This document shows, piece after piece, positions 35,000 through 46,300 of a stretch of 64,000 bases of DNA. The DNA is from an uncultured virus (IMG/VR IMGVR_UViG_3300011977_000424) (taxonomy: Duplodnaviria > Heunggongvirae > Uroviricota > Caudoviricetes). The position numbers and the translations under genes were made by a program. The DNA lies in IMG/VR virus record IMGVR_UViG_3300011977_000424, one strand, 5' to 3'. The number at the start of each line of letters is the position of its first letter. Position 1 is the first letter of the stretch. The notes beneath the pieces were generated by a model, which saw nothing but the letters and a program-made list of their open reading frames with translations, ran no database searches and was not told the origin of the DNA.

Positions 35000-37136
35000 G
35001 ATAAAGAAACAAGCAAAGATGCCTCACGCGCTCTTTGATAGTATCATCAAGGAGGATAAGCGCCGTATCTTGGTGCTCTTTGAGGGCTACGATCCCATGA
35101 CGGGCCGTAATGCTCCTGGAAAGCGCTTCCGGTGCGTGCTCACCGATTTCTTCGCCGGTCAGGAACTGTGGCTTCCTGTTGAAATGTTGAAGTCGTCGTT
35201 TGTCTGTGCGCTCGTCAAGGCTGGCTCTATACGCTCCTATATCGAAAAGTACATGCCTGATAGCAGCTATGAGAAAGCGCGTGAAGCTATCGTGCGCCGG
35301 TTCTCTCGCCTGCGCTGCAAGCATGATTTCTATTTCTTTGCCTATGCTTATGCCAGGATCAAGAATAAGGAGGGCGGCCCGGACATTCCTTTCTACCTGC
35401 GTCCTGCCCAGGTGAAGTGTTGCAAGGTCTTTGAGCACCTGCGTCTGGCTGGCCTGCCTATCTTCGTGATTTTGTTGAAGTGCCGTCAGTGGGGTGGCTC
35501 TACGCTCACCGACATCTACATGGCATGGATAATGATATTCTGGAAAACCAACTGGAACTGCAATATTGTCGGCCATCAGTCTACATCGTCTATCACGGTG
35601 TTCAATATGTATGAGCGCCTTATCAACTCTATTCCTCTCTGGCTCTTCTATGACACTGGAGAAGAGTATAAGACGGATGCACGCAAGATCAAGAATGATT
35701 CCAAAAATCCAAACATCAAATACTTGGTGCCTCGCAACTGTAAGATACAGACTGGCTCGGCGCTTAATCCTGAATCGGCTCGTTCTGACGACGTGGCAAT
35801 GGCTCATATCACGGAGGAGGCTTTCTTCCCTGATACGGAGAAGTGGACACCGGCAAAGGTGGTGAAGTCGGTAATTGCACCTATCATGTTGAAGCCTTAT
35901 TCCTTCGTGGTGCGTGAAAGCACGCCTAACGGCTCTGAGAATGAGTATCACGACGAGTGGGTAAAGGCTAAACAAGTGGATGAGCACGGAAACAAGCTCT
36001 CTGCATATACGCCTGTGTTCGTGGCATGGTTTGAGATTGAGACGTACTTTGAGCACATGACTGACGATGAACGTGCCGACTTCCTGATAGATCTCTGGAA
36101 GATGCGCAAGGATGGGGGCATTGGCGAATACTTGTGGTCACTATGGGAGAAGGGCGCTACCATTGAGGGTATCAAGTGGTATTGGGATAAAGCAAAGACT
36201 TTCGATTCCTACCCGTCTCTTGACGACATGCAGCAAGAGTACCCGTCCGACGACATCGAAGCATTCAAATACTCTGGCTCTGCGGTGTTCGACATCTATC
36301 AGGTGGAAGCACTGCGTGACGACTGCCAGGAGCCTGTCTTTGTCGGCGACATTGAGGGCGCAAGCGTCTCTCCTGAGCTTCCGGAGTGCATGGATAATGT
36401 GCACTTGGTAGAGCAACGCGGCGGCCCATTGAAGGTGTGGGAAATGCCGGATGATACAGAAGATGTGCGTAACCGGTATCTCGTCGCCTGTGATATTGGC
36501 GGTTCTCATCGTACTTCTGACTACTCGGATATAGTGGTGCTTGACCGTTACGATGAAATGTACGGTGGTGTTCCAGTGGTCGTCGCGGAGTGGCACGGGC
36601 ACTGTGATCCGGATCAACTGGCAATGCGCTGCGCTCAGATTTCCCACTTCTACTATGATGCCTTCTTGGTGGTGGAGAATAACACGGCCTACTCGAAGAT
36701 GAACAACACCGACGGTGACGTCTCTGAACTCTTCTTCCCAATCCTCGTGCCTCTCTATGATAACATCTATAACAGTAACCATAGCAAGACACTAAAGCGC
36801 AAGCCAAAGGAATTGCGCTGGGGATTCAACACCAACACCTCAACAAAGGTGGGTGTGATAATGAACTTGAAGAGTATCATCCGTACATCTGGATATATCG
36901 AGCGTGAACAGGAGGCGCTTAATGAATACTCCTACTACATGCAATATCCGGATGGTAAGTACGGCAACGTGCCAGGCAAACATGATGATAGGGTGATGGC
37001 CAGGGCCATTGCGCTCTACGTCGATAAGCTGGAAATGGATCCTGTCTACGTCGTGAAGATTAAGACACGTGAAGAGATAGCTGCAGAAGAGCGCCGAAAG
37101 AAAAAGCCTCTGGCGCCTGAACTCGTCTTTAGATAA
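34983..37136 (+). CDS. terL: Terminase large subunit
   Basis: LKCRQWGGST (Walker A), AHITEEAFF (Walker B), ESTPNG, CDIGG, VVENN, HDDRVMA; start uncertain (GTG 34983 or ATG 35019). Confidence 0.92.
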   Translation: MATATKIKKQAKMPHALFDSIIKEDKRRILVLFEGYDPMTGRNAPGKRFRCVLTDFFAGQELWLPVEMLKSSFVCALVKAGSIRSYIEKYMPDSSYEKAREAIVRRFSRLRCKHDFYFFAYAYARIKNKEGGPDIPFYLRPAQVKCCKVFEHLRLAGLPIFVILLKCRQWGGSTLTDIYMAWIMIFWKTNWNCNIVGHQSTSSITVFNMYERLINSIPLWLFYDTGEEYKTDARKIKNDSKNPNIKYLVPRNCKIQTGSALNPESARSDDVAMAHITEEAFFPDTEKWTPAKVVKSVIAPIMLKPYSFVVRESTPNGSENEYHDEWVKAKQVDEHGNKLSAYTPVFVAWFEIETYFEHMTDDERADFLIDLWKMRKDGGIGEYLWSLWEKGATIEGIKWYWDKAKTFDSYPSLDDMQQEYPSDDIEAFKYSGSAVFDIYQVEALRDDCQEPVFVGDIEGASVSPELPECMDNVHLVEQRGGPLKVWEMPDDTEDVRNRYLVACDIGGSHRTSDYSDIVVLDRYDEMYGGVPVVVAEWHGHCDPDQLAMRCAQISHFYYDAFLVVENNTAYSKMNNTDGDVSELFFPILVPLYDNIYNSNHSKTLKRKPKELRWGFNTNTSTKVGVIMNLKSIIRTSGYIEREQEALNEYSYYMQYPDGKYGNVPGKHDDRVMARAIALYVDKLEMDPVYVVKIKTREEIAAEERRKKKPLAPELVFR

Positions 37137-37177
37137 CCGTTCTGAGGCTTTCAAGCCTCAGCCAAATACAAATTAAT

Positions 37178-37672
37178 ATGGACAAAAGAATTACAACCTT
37201 CCTCAACAACTGCCTCTATCGTGTCTATGCGCCGGTGGCTTATCGTGTTGAGAAGTACCGGGCCACTCGTATGTGGCACGACGGCGTGCGTCAATGTGTG
37301 AAGATGTATAAAGAGATAGGTTCGCCTCGCGTCTATCTCTTCTTCGATGCCAAACACATGGTGTGGTCGCCTATGACGTATGAGGAGAATAAGAAATACA
37401 AACCGTCGTTGCGTGTGCTGCGGCGAATGGGCAAGTTGCGTGGATCCAACCTGCCCACAAACGTTGAGGATATGAAAGCTAAGTCTTTCTACTACACGCC
37501 TTCTAAATGGGGTGCGCGCGGCTGTTATGAGGATAACGAGCTGCGCGCACGAAAGTTAAAGCAATGGGTGGCGTATTATCTCACCCATCTGTCGCCTGTT
37601 ATGTTGAAGCTCCGGCACTACCGGTCTGCGCTGGCAAAGCCTCTCCATCCTTCGACGGCAGAATGTGATTAG
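37178..37672 (+). CDS. Hypothetical basic protein
   Basis: 164-aa ORF; its 3' end overlaps the portal 3' end by 74 bp. Confidence 0.6.
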   Translation: MDKRITTFLNNCLYRVYAPVAYRVEKYRATRMWHDGVRQCVKMYKEIGSPRVYLFFDAKHMVWSPMTYEENKKYKPSLRVLRRMGKLRGSNLPTNVEDMKAKSFYYTPSKWGARGCYEDNELRARKLKQWVAYYLTHLSPVMLKLRHYRSALAKPLHPSTAECD

Positions 37673-39659
37673 TATTCTGCTGCTGGGGCTGGCCTTGGAT
37701 AACAGGCTGCTGACCTGCGGCGGCCTGTTCCATGGCCTGTTGTGCCTTGCGCTGGTTAAAGTCCATCCAGGCGCGCTTGAGCTGCTGGTGTCCGCCATTG
37801 CCAATGAAGTCAAGGAACTGTCCAAAGTCAATCTCGTTGCGCTGGTATGCCTGGTAGGCAATATCTTTCATTTGGTCACGGATAACGGGGTTGTCGTTGT
37901 CAGGAGCCATTGCGAGTGACAAATCAATATCACTCATCTTCTTCCTGTCAAAGTAGGTCTTGAAGTCCTCACCGGTCATGATGATACTGCGCTGGCTGCT
38001 GTAATAGCCCTGCATGGTCCACACCTGTTTCTTGGCTACTCTGAGCTGGAAGTTGTTGTAACTGCTGATATAGTCGGTAACACTCGTTACGGCGCTGTCC
38101 TTCTCTATCTGGTACTGCTTGCCGGAGGTGTTCTTGTGCACACCTTGCATGGCTGGCTGAATACCACTCTGGCGCTCTACCATGTTGGCGTCGCGCTGCA
38201 TGATGAGGTCTATGCCGGCCGGCAAGCTCTTGTTCTGAATCTGTGTAGGCATGTTTCCACCTTTCTTGCTGGTGTATAGGATAATTCCGTCTACCTTCAC
38301 GTAGTTCTCTACCATTTCCTCGAAGCTCTGCTTGTCGCTGATACTCTCCACATCAATGGCCATGGCGCCTTTGGCGCTGTTCATGATGATAAAGTCAAGC
38401 ATGATGTTGTCGTGGGTGTACTGCCTCTGACGGTCTATCATGCGGTCCACAAAGCTTCTCACCTCTCCCTGCAAGCAAGGATAGGCCAGGAACACGTAGG
38501 GATGATAATAGAAACTATATCCTTCCCTCACAACCTTATAGGGGCTAACACCTTCATCAAGCAAATACCCGTTGGGACTGATGAAGCGGTAGTACCACAA
38601 ATCTTCAATGCCAAACTCATACTCTATCAACTGGAGCTCGTCGGGATCCACATAGTAGGTGGGGTTGCCGTCTGCGTCAAGCACGGGCACACCGTTCTCA
38701 TCCTTCACGATGTTGTCTTGCTTGCGCTTCTCGTTCTCAGCGTCCATGGCGGCCTTGTCTTTCAACGGGCGGTAGCCTACGGTGGCGTTAAGCCTGTCGT
38801 GGTACCAATAAGCGCGGTTATACTCCTTGGTCCATATCTCGATAACGCGGTACTTGCCTACAACGCTGGAGTGATAAAAGTCGTCCAGGTGGTCGGTCTG
38901 ATTCATGCCGGTATCATTGTAGCCCTGCACATAGGCGTTGTTCTGGGCGTTGGCTGCGTAGATTTGGCTTAGCTCGTTCTCCTCGGCGGTGGTATGGGCA
39001 AAGAGTTGCAACAGTGCCGGCCAGGTGAGATCGTGAGCCTCAGCAATAAACTCAACGTCGCTCGCGTCCTTCTTGGCAAACACGGGTAATGCTAATTTGA
39101 ACTGGTCCACACTGTCTACAAACACATCTTCACGGCCTTCACGGAAAGTGTACTGCACCTTGGCACCAACAAATCCCATATCGGCAAACTGCTCGAAGCG
39201 GTCGGCGTTCTGCTCGCTCATGTTGTTATTATTGTCGTTCTGGCGAAGGAACTCACTGAAGATACCGGCCATATTGCTGTCGTTTTGGTCGGTGTCTACG
39301 CTCTTCACCTGGGGCGACATGTATTGCTGCCTAACGGTACCTTTCAACGACATCATCTTATCGCTGATAATATCGAAGGGGATAGCGGCCATGCCCTTGA
39401 TCTCCATATACTGCTGCACGGTATATTCACGGCCATTGTACACTACCTTATCGTTGAACTGGCGGCCCATGTAGTAGTCTATATCTCGCACAAACTTCTT
39501 ACGCAAGTCGCGCATATCGTCGTAATAGTGGGCGGCCTCGCGCACGAGAAGGGCATATTTCCGGTCGTTACTGAAACGACTGTGATCATAGCCTCTCAGG
39601 GAGTTGGCGCCTCGCTCCTGAGCGTTGGTATTCTCATTTGTCAGTTGAGCTTGTATCAT
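37599..39659 (-). CDS. Portal protein (P22-like)
   Basis: DIDYYMGRQF, HPYVF...GEVRSFVDRMIDRQRQY, NSAKG, Gln-rich tail; start at MIQAQL. Confidence 0.85.
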   Translation of the reverse strand: MIQAQLTNENTNAQERGANSLRGYDHSRFSNDRKYALLVREAAHYYDDMRDLRKKFVRDIDYYMGRQFNDKVVYNGREYTVQQYMEIKGMAAIPFDIISDKMMSLKGTVRQQYMSPQVKSVDTDQNDSNMAGIFSEFLRQNDNNNNMSEQNADRFEQFADMGFVGAKVQYTFREGREDVFVDSVDQFKLALPVFAKKDASDVEFIAEAHDLTWPALLQLFAHTTAEENELSQIYAANAQNNAYVQGYNDTGMNQTDHLDDFYHSSVVGKYRVIEIWTKEYNRAYWYHDRLNATVGYRPLKDKAAMDAENEKRKQDNIVKDENGVPVLDADGNPTYYVDPDELQLIEYEFGIEDLWYYRFISPNGYLLDEGVSPYKVVREGYSFYYHPYVFLAYPCLQGEVRSFVDRMIDRQRQYTHDNIMLDFIIMNSAKGAMAIDVESISDKQSFEEMVENYVKVDGIILYTSKKGGNMPTQIQNKSLPAGIDLIMQRDANMVERQSGIQPAMQGVHKNTSGKQYQIEKDSAVTSVTDYISSYNNFQLRVAKKQVWTMQGYYSSQRSIIMTGEDFKTYFDRKKMSDIDLSLAMAPDNDNPVIRDQMKDIAYQAYQRNEIDFGQFLDFIGNGGHQQLKRAWMDFNQRKAQQAMEQAAAGQQPVIQGQPQQQNTNHILPSKDGEALPAQTGSAGAST

Positions 39660-39678
39660 AGCTAATGGATATTTTGCA

Positions 39679-39719
39679 CAAAAATAAGGCGTTATCGCTC
39701 GTCTGTGGTCATAAAATAC
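39679..39719 (-). promoter_or_regulatory. Putative late promoter copy 3: GTATTTTATGAC-N21-TATTTTTG
   Basis: Box 39708-39719, -7 element 39679-39686; upstream of the portal. Confidence 0.8.
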
Positions 39720-39783
39720 ATATTTTATAACTTTCACTTTCTGTTTCTGCCGTATCTTTGAAGCAAAAATAATTTGTAACACT

Positions 39784-40227
39784 ATGGCTAAGACAGTGAA
39801 AGTTTCTGAGCGCTGTGTAATGACAACCGATGATAAGGGTCAGCGCTCGCTGGTGGCAAACGCCAAGGAGGTGCTTACCACAATGAGTAAAAACGGCATC
39901 GACGTTTCTATCTTCCTCATCGACACACCAAAGGATGCGGCGGCAAAGTTCCTCAAAGAGAACAATGTGCCATACAAAGCGCTGCTCGCTAAAGACGATA
40001 AAGAAGCACGCGAACAGAAGTTTGACTGCTGCGTCCTGCCAAGTGATAAGGTGGTGCTCCTGCGCGACAACTGGAAGTACACCATGGAGGATATTGTCAA
40101 TAAGCTCTATCGCAACGATGAGCGCAAGCCGGACCTAACGGTCCAGGATAAGATGGACAATGCCTTCAAGGATTATAAGAAGTGGACCGACGAAGCCAAC
40201 AAACGGCGCGCTGGTGTTGTTGGATAA
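39784..40227 (+). CDS. Hypothetical protein (possibly degenerate HAD-like fold)
   Basis: 147 aa; own -7 element TATCTTTG at 39753-39760. Confidence 0.6.
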   Translation: MAKTVKVSERCVMTTDDKGQRSLVANAKEVLTTMSKNGIDVSIFLIDTPKDAAAKFLKENNVPYKALLAKDDKEAREQKFDCCVLPSDKVVLLRDNWKYTMEDIVNKLYRNDERKPDLTVQDKMDNAFKDYKKWTDEANKRRAGVVG

Positions 40228-40263
40228 CATTCCTTCATTGACTAAATACTTTCCATTACAATC

Positions 40264-40296
40264 AAAGGGGAGCCAACGCAAGTTAGCTCCCCTTTT
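40264..40296. terminator. Bidirectional terminator
   Basis: AAAGGGGAGCcAAC-GCAA-GTTaGCTCCCCTTTT between convergent genes. Confidence 0.75.
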
Positions 40297-40358
40297 CTAA
40301 TTATGCCAAACTACTCCGGTGGGTGGCCGTGACGCTTCACGGCTCCCTGCCGATTTCT

Positions 40359-43300
40359 TTATTTAGGAGTTTCTATTTCATCAACGGCTCTCTGCGCCTG
40401 CTGGCGTATCTCCCTGATCTGCTTCATCACTTCTGCGTCGTGGCCCTGGCCCAGTTGTTTCTTGGCCTTGCCTATGGCACTGGTGGCTTTGTTCAGAATG
40501 TCGTTGATAGCAAACCAAGCTCCGTAACGCTGGCCAAGGCGTGCGGCTGTGGCATCGTCGCCTGCGGTCTGTGCTTCCTTCACCTGGTCTACATACTTCT
40601 TAGCTTGCTTCTTCAACGCTTTCAGCTTGTAATCGTCGCGGATGTCGGCGGCTGTCGTCTGCATCAGATATTTGTCACTCTCTTGCTCCACGTCGTTATA
40701 GCTGCCATTCAGGAAGTCGTTTACCTGGCTCATAGCCTCATCACGTGTGAAGGCCTGGTAGTTCTCGGCGGCAAGATATTTATTGATCTTGTTGCGGAGA
40801 TACTTCTTCTCGCTAAGCGTCTCGGCCTTATCGTACTTCTCAAAGGCGGTCTGCAGATCAACAATGCCGTCGCCCATTTCATTCTTCTGCTCGGCTTTCA
40901 GGGTGGTAATGGCGGCCTCTAAGCATTTCTTTGCGTCGATACCGTTCATGGTGGCGGCGCGGTAGGTCAGCAGCACTCCTCCCATGTCCCCAGAAAGAAT
41001 AAAGGTCTTGAAGAAATCGACGGTCTTGTATCGGGTAAATCCCTTTTGGCTTGGCATCACAATATCAAGCATCTTAAACTCCTTGTCACTTTGTGTGGGC
41101 ACGGAGAATGGCATGAAATGTCTTGCAGTTACCGCTAACGCGGCTATTTGCTTACCATATTTATTTTGAATATCTGTCATATCATCTCCATAAGTATTGG
41201 AGAATCCATGAACACCAAGAGTACCGAATACATCAATACCTGTTCCTATGATTGGGTTTGATTTGCCCATCATACGTTCAATCATAGGGGTTGGGAACTC
41301 CAGTCCATGACGACCGATAAACATTTCGGGGAACTCGCGGAACTGCTTTCCCCAACGTGCATACCATTCGGTGCCGTCTTTATACCTTCCTACAAACAGG
41401 TGCGTCTGCTGGCCCAGACTGTTGCCGTACATCGTGTAGTCGTACCACTTCATGCCGTCCGGATAGGCAAGCTCATACGGGCTCTTATAGTCCGGATTGG
41501 TCAGCCTCATCTTTTCGGCCTTCTCTTTCTCCTTCTCCTCGTCCTGAGCGCGGAAGAAAGCATTTAAGGCATTCCACATTATATTGTAGAATACCAATAC
41601 GCCTAAGATGTAACACTGCTTTGCGCTCTTACTGCGGAAACGCCGGAACTCGTTCCTCGGGATGCTGAAACCAAAGGCGCGTTTCAGGTTGTCTCTGTTG
41701 TAGCGCAAGTAGTTCAGGAAACCGCCTTCACTATACAGGGATCCAAAACCAAAGTTGGCAAAGAAGTGGCGCTGTGTAGATACAAGCCAGTCGGGGGACA
41801 ATAATAGACGGCGCATCCATTTTAGTTGAGCTGGAGTTACATCCAAAAGCTCCCAATATTGTCCACCAAAGCTATCATTCACGTACTGGCCTGCCTCATC
41901 CAACAGTTGGTCGTGCTGCTCGGCGCTCAGGCCTTCTTTCTCTACTCGCTTGGCTACCTGCTCGGCAAACAGTTTGAAGCATGCTATCTTCAATCCGTCG
42001 TGGAGATAGTTCCACAGAACTTTATCCATGCCCTTGTTCATCCAGTCAAGCATGGTAGCAAGAGGAGTACCGGCAACTCCGGCGGCTTTAATGCCGGCGC
42101 TATCGCTGGCGGCAAGCTTCTTCACGTAGTTGCGTAACTTCTCTGTTATCATGTTCACATCGGCGGCGGCGTAGTCCTGAGTGGCGCCAAGCTGCACAAG
42201 GTGACTGGCGGCAAGCTTGTAGTCCTCGGGGTGGGCGTAGGCCGGGATGGTGCGTTTCTTAATACTGTCGAGTATAATATACTTTACCAAAGCCTTTGCT
42301 GCTCTGTCTGGTCTCATCTGCGCGCCGGCAACTTCCGTTAGTGCCAAAGCGTGAAAGCCTGAGAAGCTGAGCTGTATCTTCTTCATCGTGCTGGCGCCAA
42401 GGTCACAGCCCTTACCAACCTTTGATAGCCAGTCGGGGATGTCCTTAGTTCGCATGGTGCCAAAGATACTTGCAAAGCGTCTCTGAATATCCTTCAGTAC
42501 CCACACATCACCCACACCGGGAATATGGTACATGGCATAGCGCTCTTCATTGAAGGCGCTGGGCTTGTTGCTGTCCATGAGTGGCAATGTCCTTGTTACC
42601 TCGCCGTCCTTGTTTGTCTCACTGATAGTGATAAAACTAAGGTCGTCAAGGAACTTGCGGTTCGCAATGGCTTCGTTGTTGCTGCGGCTGTAATAGGCAA
42701 TGAGCTTACCAACGTCGGTGAACTTCGGAACAAGGCCGATCTTGATACCGTCCTTATAGGTCAGTATCTCACGGTGCTTCATGTTCTTTGACTTCGTGCG
42801 CTGGAAGTTGTCTACATACTCCTCCCAGGCTGACGGGTCGCTCTTGTCTTTGTCCCACACGTGGTTGATATACCCGTTCTCGATATATCCGGCACCACCT
42901 CTCAGGCCGGCATCCTCCAACAGATGGAAGAAGTTGTCGTACCAATCGTGAATCTCGTCGATGATGGGCTTGATGTCGGGGTCTATACCATCTGCCTGCT
43001 GATAGCCTAACTCTACGTCGGCAAGGTAGGCATTGGCAAAGGTCTGGGCCATTCTGATAACGTCGCTGCGGTCCAGTATGCCCTGTGCCTTCGGGTTGTT
43101 CTCGTAGAACTTGTTGAGCTTCTTGGCAACGGCACTCGCGGCCTCTGATAGCTGTTGTTTGGCAAGGCGGCTACTGGGCTGTTTGCCCTCCTGAAGATAC
43201 AGATCAACAAACTTCTTTAGCTCATCCTTCGCGTCTCGTAGGCCTTCACCTTCTATATAGAAGTGGCTGTCGGCAAAGGTACGGGAAATGTTCAGGGCGT

Positions 43301-46300
43301 TGGTCATATCGTCCACGTCGGCTTTCAACTCGTTTTCTACCAAGGGGGCTTCTATCATGTAGATAATCTGCTCCCTCAACTCCTCGGGCTTCATACCTTT
43401 GCGCTTGGCTACGGTGTCGATACGCTTCATAAGGTCGTGAATGAAGATAGCATCCTCGGCGCTGGCGCTCTCCAGGTTCTTACGGCGTTCTATCACTGCA
43501 AGCTTAGCCTGGCGGCGTGCTCCCTGTGGAGTAACATCTACACCTACGGCATCAGCCATATCACGATCCATGCGGCTCTCTATCTCGGCCTCACTCTGGA
43601 ACTCTTCTTCTGTCTGTGGCTCCTCGGGGCCTGTACCGGAATAGAGCATTTCATCAACACTCTCCTGTTCCTGTATTCCATAACGTGTTTTCCACTCGTT
43701 ATAGTCATTACGGAAAGCATCGGCGGCATCCTTCTGATATTTGAAGTAGTCCGGGGCGGTCTGCCAAAGGTCGCTCTTGGTCTCATAGTCAGCAACACGG
43801 ATGGCATAGTCCTGCGGCGTCTCATCTTCCTCACGTTTCGGGAAGGTTCCGGCGCCTTCTTCGTCCTCTGCTATTCCGTTGTCCTTCTTCCACTGAGCAA
43901 GATCTTCCTGATAGTTCTTATTGTACTTCTCGGTGTAGTCCTCTTCCTTTGGCATGGGGTCGTTGGCGGCTTTGCTGGCTTCCTCGGCCATGTGCCACTT
44001 CTCCCACTCTCTCAGTCTCTGGAAATAGTGGGCCATATCCTCATCTTTGCGTTTGCGCGGCTTGCCCTTGGTACGCTTGGAGAATCTATCATCACGGGTG
44101 GCGGCCTCTTCCTTCTCGGCGTCGGTCATGCCCTTCCAATTCTTCAACGCCTTGCCGGTCCTCAGCACGTAATATCTCAGGTCGTGGTCGTTCAACAGGC
44201 CTCTTACTCTCAGTCCGATCTTATTCAGGAAGCGGATAAGGTAGTGCTTAACCTTTCTCCACAAACTAAATTCCTCGGGTGTAGCCGGGCCTTCTTCGGC
44301 AATGTCGGAAAATACTTCCTGTGCGGCCTCGCTGTATGGGTTGTTGTCGGTGAGGTCTACACCTCCTAACTCCTCTGCCTTATCCAGTATGCGGTCGCGC
44401 AACTCCTTGCCGGCACTCTCAAAGATGAAGGTGCCAAACTGCTTCACGGCATCGTCGCTACCTAACAGTGCGCGCAATCCCTCGTGGCCTAACTTCTCAT
44501 GGAACACGGTGCGCTTTACATCGTCTACTCCCTGCATAGCCGGTGTATAGACATGCACACTGCCGTCCTTCCAGTCGTACCAACCTTTGGTACCGTCGCC
44601 TCCTTGGATCTCACGGCGTAAGCTCTCGTTGCTGATTGTGCTCATGTTGTCGAAGTGCACGGGCATGCCTCCCAACTGCTCGGCGGTTTCCTGTGCGGCC
44701 TCAACCTGCAAGCGGTACTGTTTATCGCCTTCCTGGTCGGTGAGCTTCGTCACCACAACGGCGCGTGCGCCTTTGAGCTCGGGAATAACCTTGCCGGCGG
44801 CCTCAACGCTGAAACCGTTGCCTAAGCTCTCCTGCACCCAGTTCTCCAGTTCACTTTGTGTAAAGCCTTTCTGGTAGGCACGTATCTTGCCTTTCTTATC
44901 GGTAACAAGTATCTCGCTCGGGCTGTCAAGCTCTATCTTCTGCTTCTGTTTCTCGATCTCCTTCGCGTCGCGCACATTGATGATAAGCTTACCACCTGTT
45001 TTCATGTGGCGTACCATGTCACTTAGTACGTTGGCTCTCCAGTCGTCGGGAATAACATTGAGCACGGCGTTGCTGATTACTACGTCGTAGTCCTTATCAA
45101 TGGCGGCATAGTCGGTGAAGGTGGGGGCGCCTGCCTCGCGGTGTTCGGCTGGGTATGGTTCCACATCATCTACGGTAAAGTTGAATCCGGCGCTCTGGCC
45201 GTTCTCACTCTGTCCGCGTAACGTCATGGTACCATAGCCTAAGCCACTGCTGGCATCAAGGACGGTGAGCGTCTTACCGGTGCGCTCCTGCTCGCGCTGC
45301 ATCCAGTTGCCTATCTTGATATAGGTTTTCTCGGTGCTGCGTATCTGCGTGGAGTGCTGGCCGGTGCTCGTCTCTTGATCCTCAATCCAACGCTGGCCAA
45401 ACTCATCAAACAGTGCGGTGCTACTGCGTTTGCTGATGTCGTTTGTACTATTTTTGTTACCCTCGTCGCCTTCGGGCTTCTTATCCTTGTTGTCGGCTGT
45501 GAGTTTCTTATATTCAGCGTCGATTTTCTTCTTTTGCTCCAGGGCCTCGGCAAGCTCGGCTTCACGTGGGAAATTAGGTTCTCCGGGGTCGCCTCCCTCC
45601 AACTTATGTTTGTATTCATCAATGGCCTGCTGATAAGCTTTGCCATTGTTGATTACTTTCTCCAACATGCGGCGGTAGGTCATACCGGCGGCGGTGTCGT
45701 CGTCGCTGAGCACACCTTCGTACTTAATCTTTGATGGGGCACGGAGAATCACTTTGCGGACTGGCTGAGTGCTGATTTTGAGATCAGTAGTAGGCGTGCC
45801 TACCTCAGCATCTATGCCAAATCCGGACAGTTTCACCATTTCACCCTTCTTCAGCAAAGAATGAATATACTTGCCTGCCTCTCCGGCCTTGGTGAACTTC
45901 TGGCCCTCGGGGTGCTTATCAGAAGTGACGGTGACAGTAGAAGGATATTTACCTTCTTTGTCTGGCTTGAAGCCTGCGTCGGTGATAATCTCCTGGTCCC
46001 TGGCGTTGCCTCGTTTCAATGCCTCGAAGTTGGAAAGTGAGCGCTTATCACGGTAGAACTGATTAACTCGCTGCTCATGCTCTACCATGTATTGGCGCTT
46101 CGCCTTAATCAACTTGTCCACCTTCTTATCCATCTTGGACTTGTCAAGGATGATTGGATTGCCGGACAGAAGGGCGACAACGCTTGCTGGGTCGAAATCG
46201 CTATCATCACCGGCGGCTCCTTCGTCAAAGCTTCGTGCCTCGCTTCCATTGCTGGCGCTTACCTTAAAGGCGTCGATCATCCTCTGTTTGGTAGACACAA

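Noticed and set aside
12338..36056. Long antisense ORFs such as 12338-13465, 13688-14638, 22843-23832, 24397-25821, 31496-32983 and 34968-36056
   Set aside because: Shadow frames opposite well-supported genes; V/L/H-rich with no motifs.
45429..45456. Another antisense promoter inside the giant gene (TTTG-N16-TATTTTTG)
   Set aside because: Spacer is too short, and lone TAnnTTTG hits are expected by chance many times in 64 kb.
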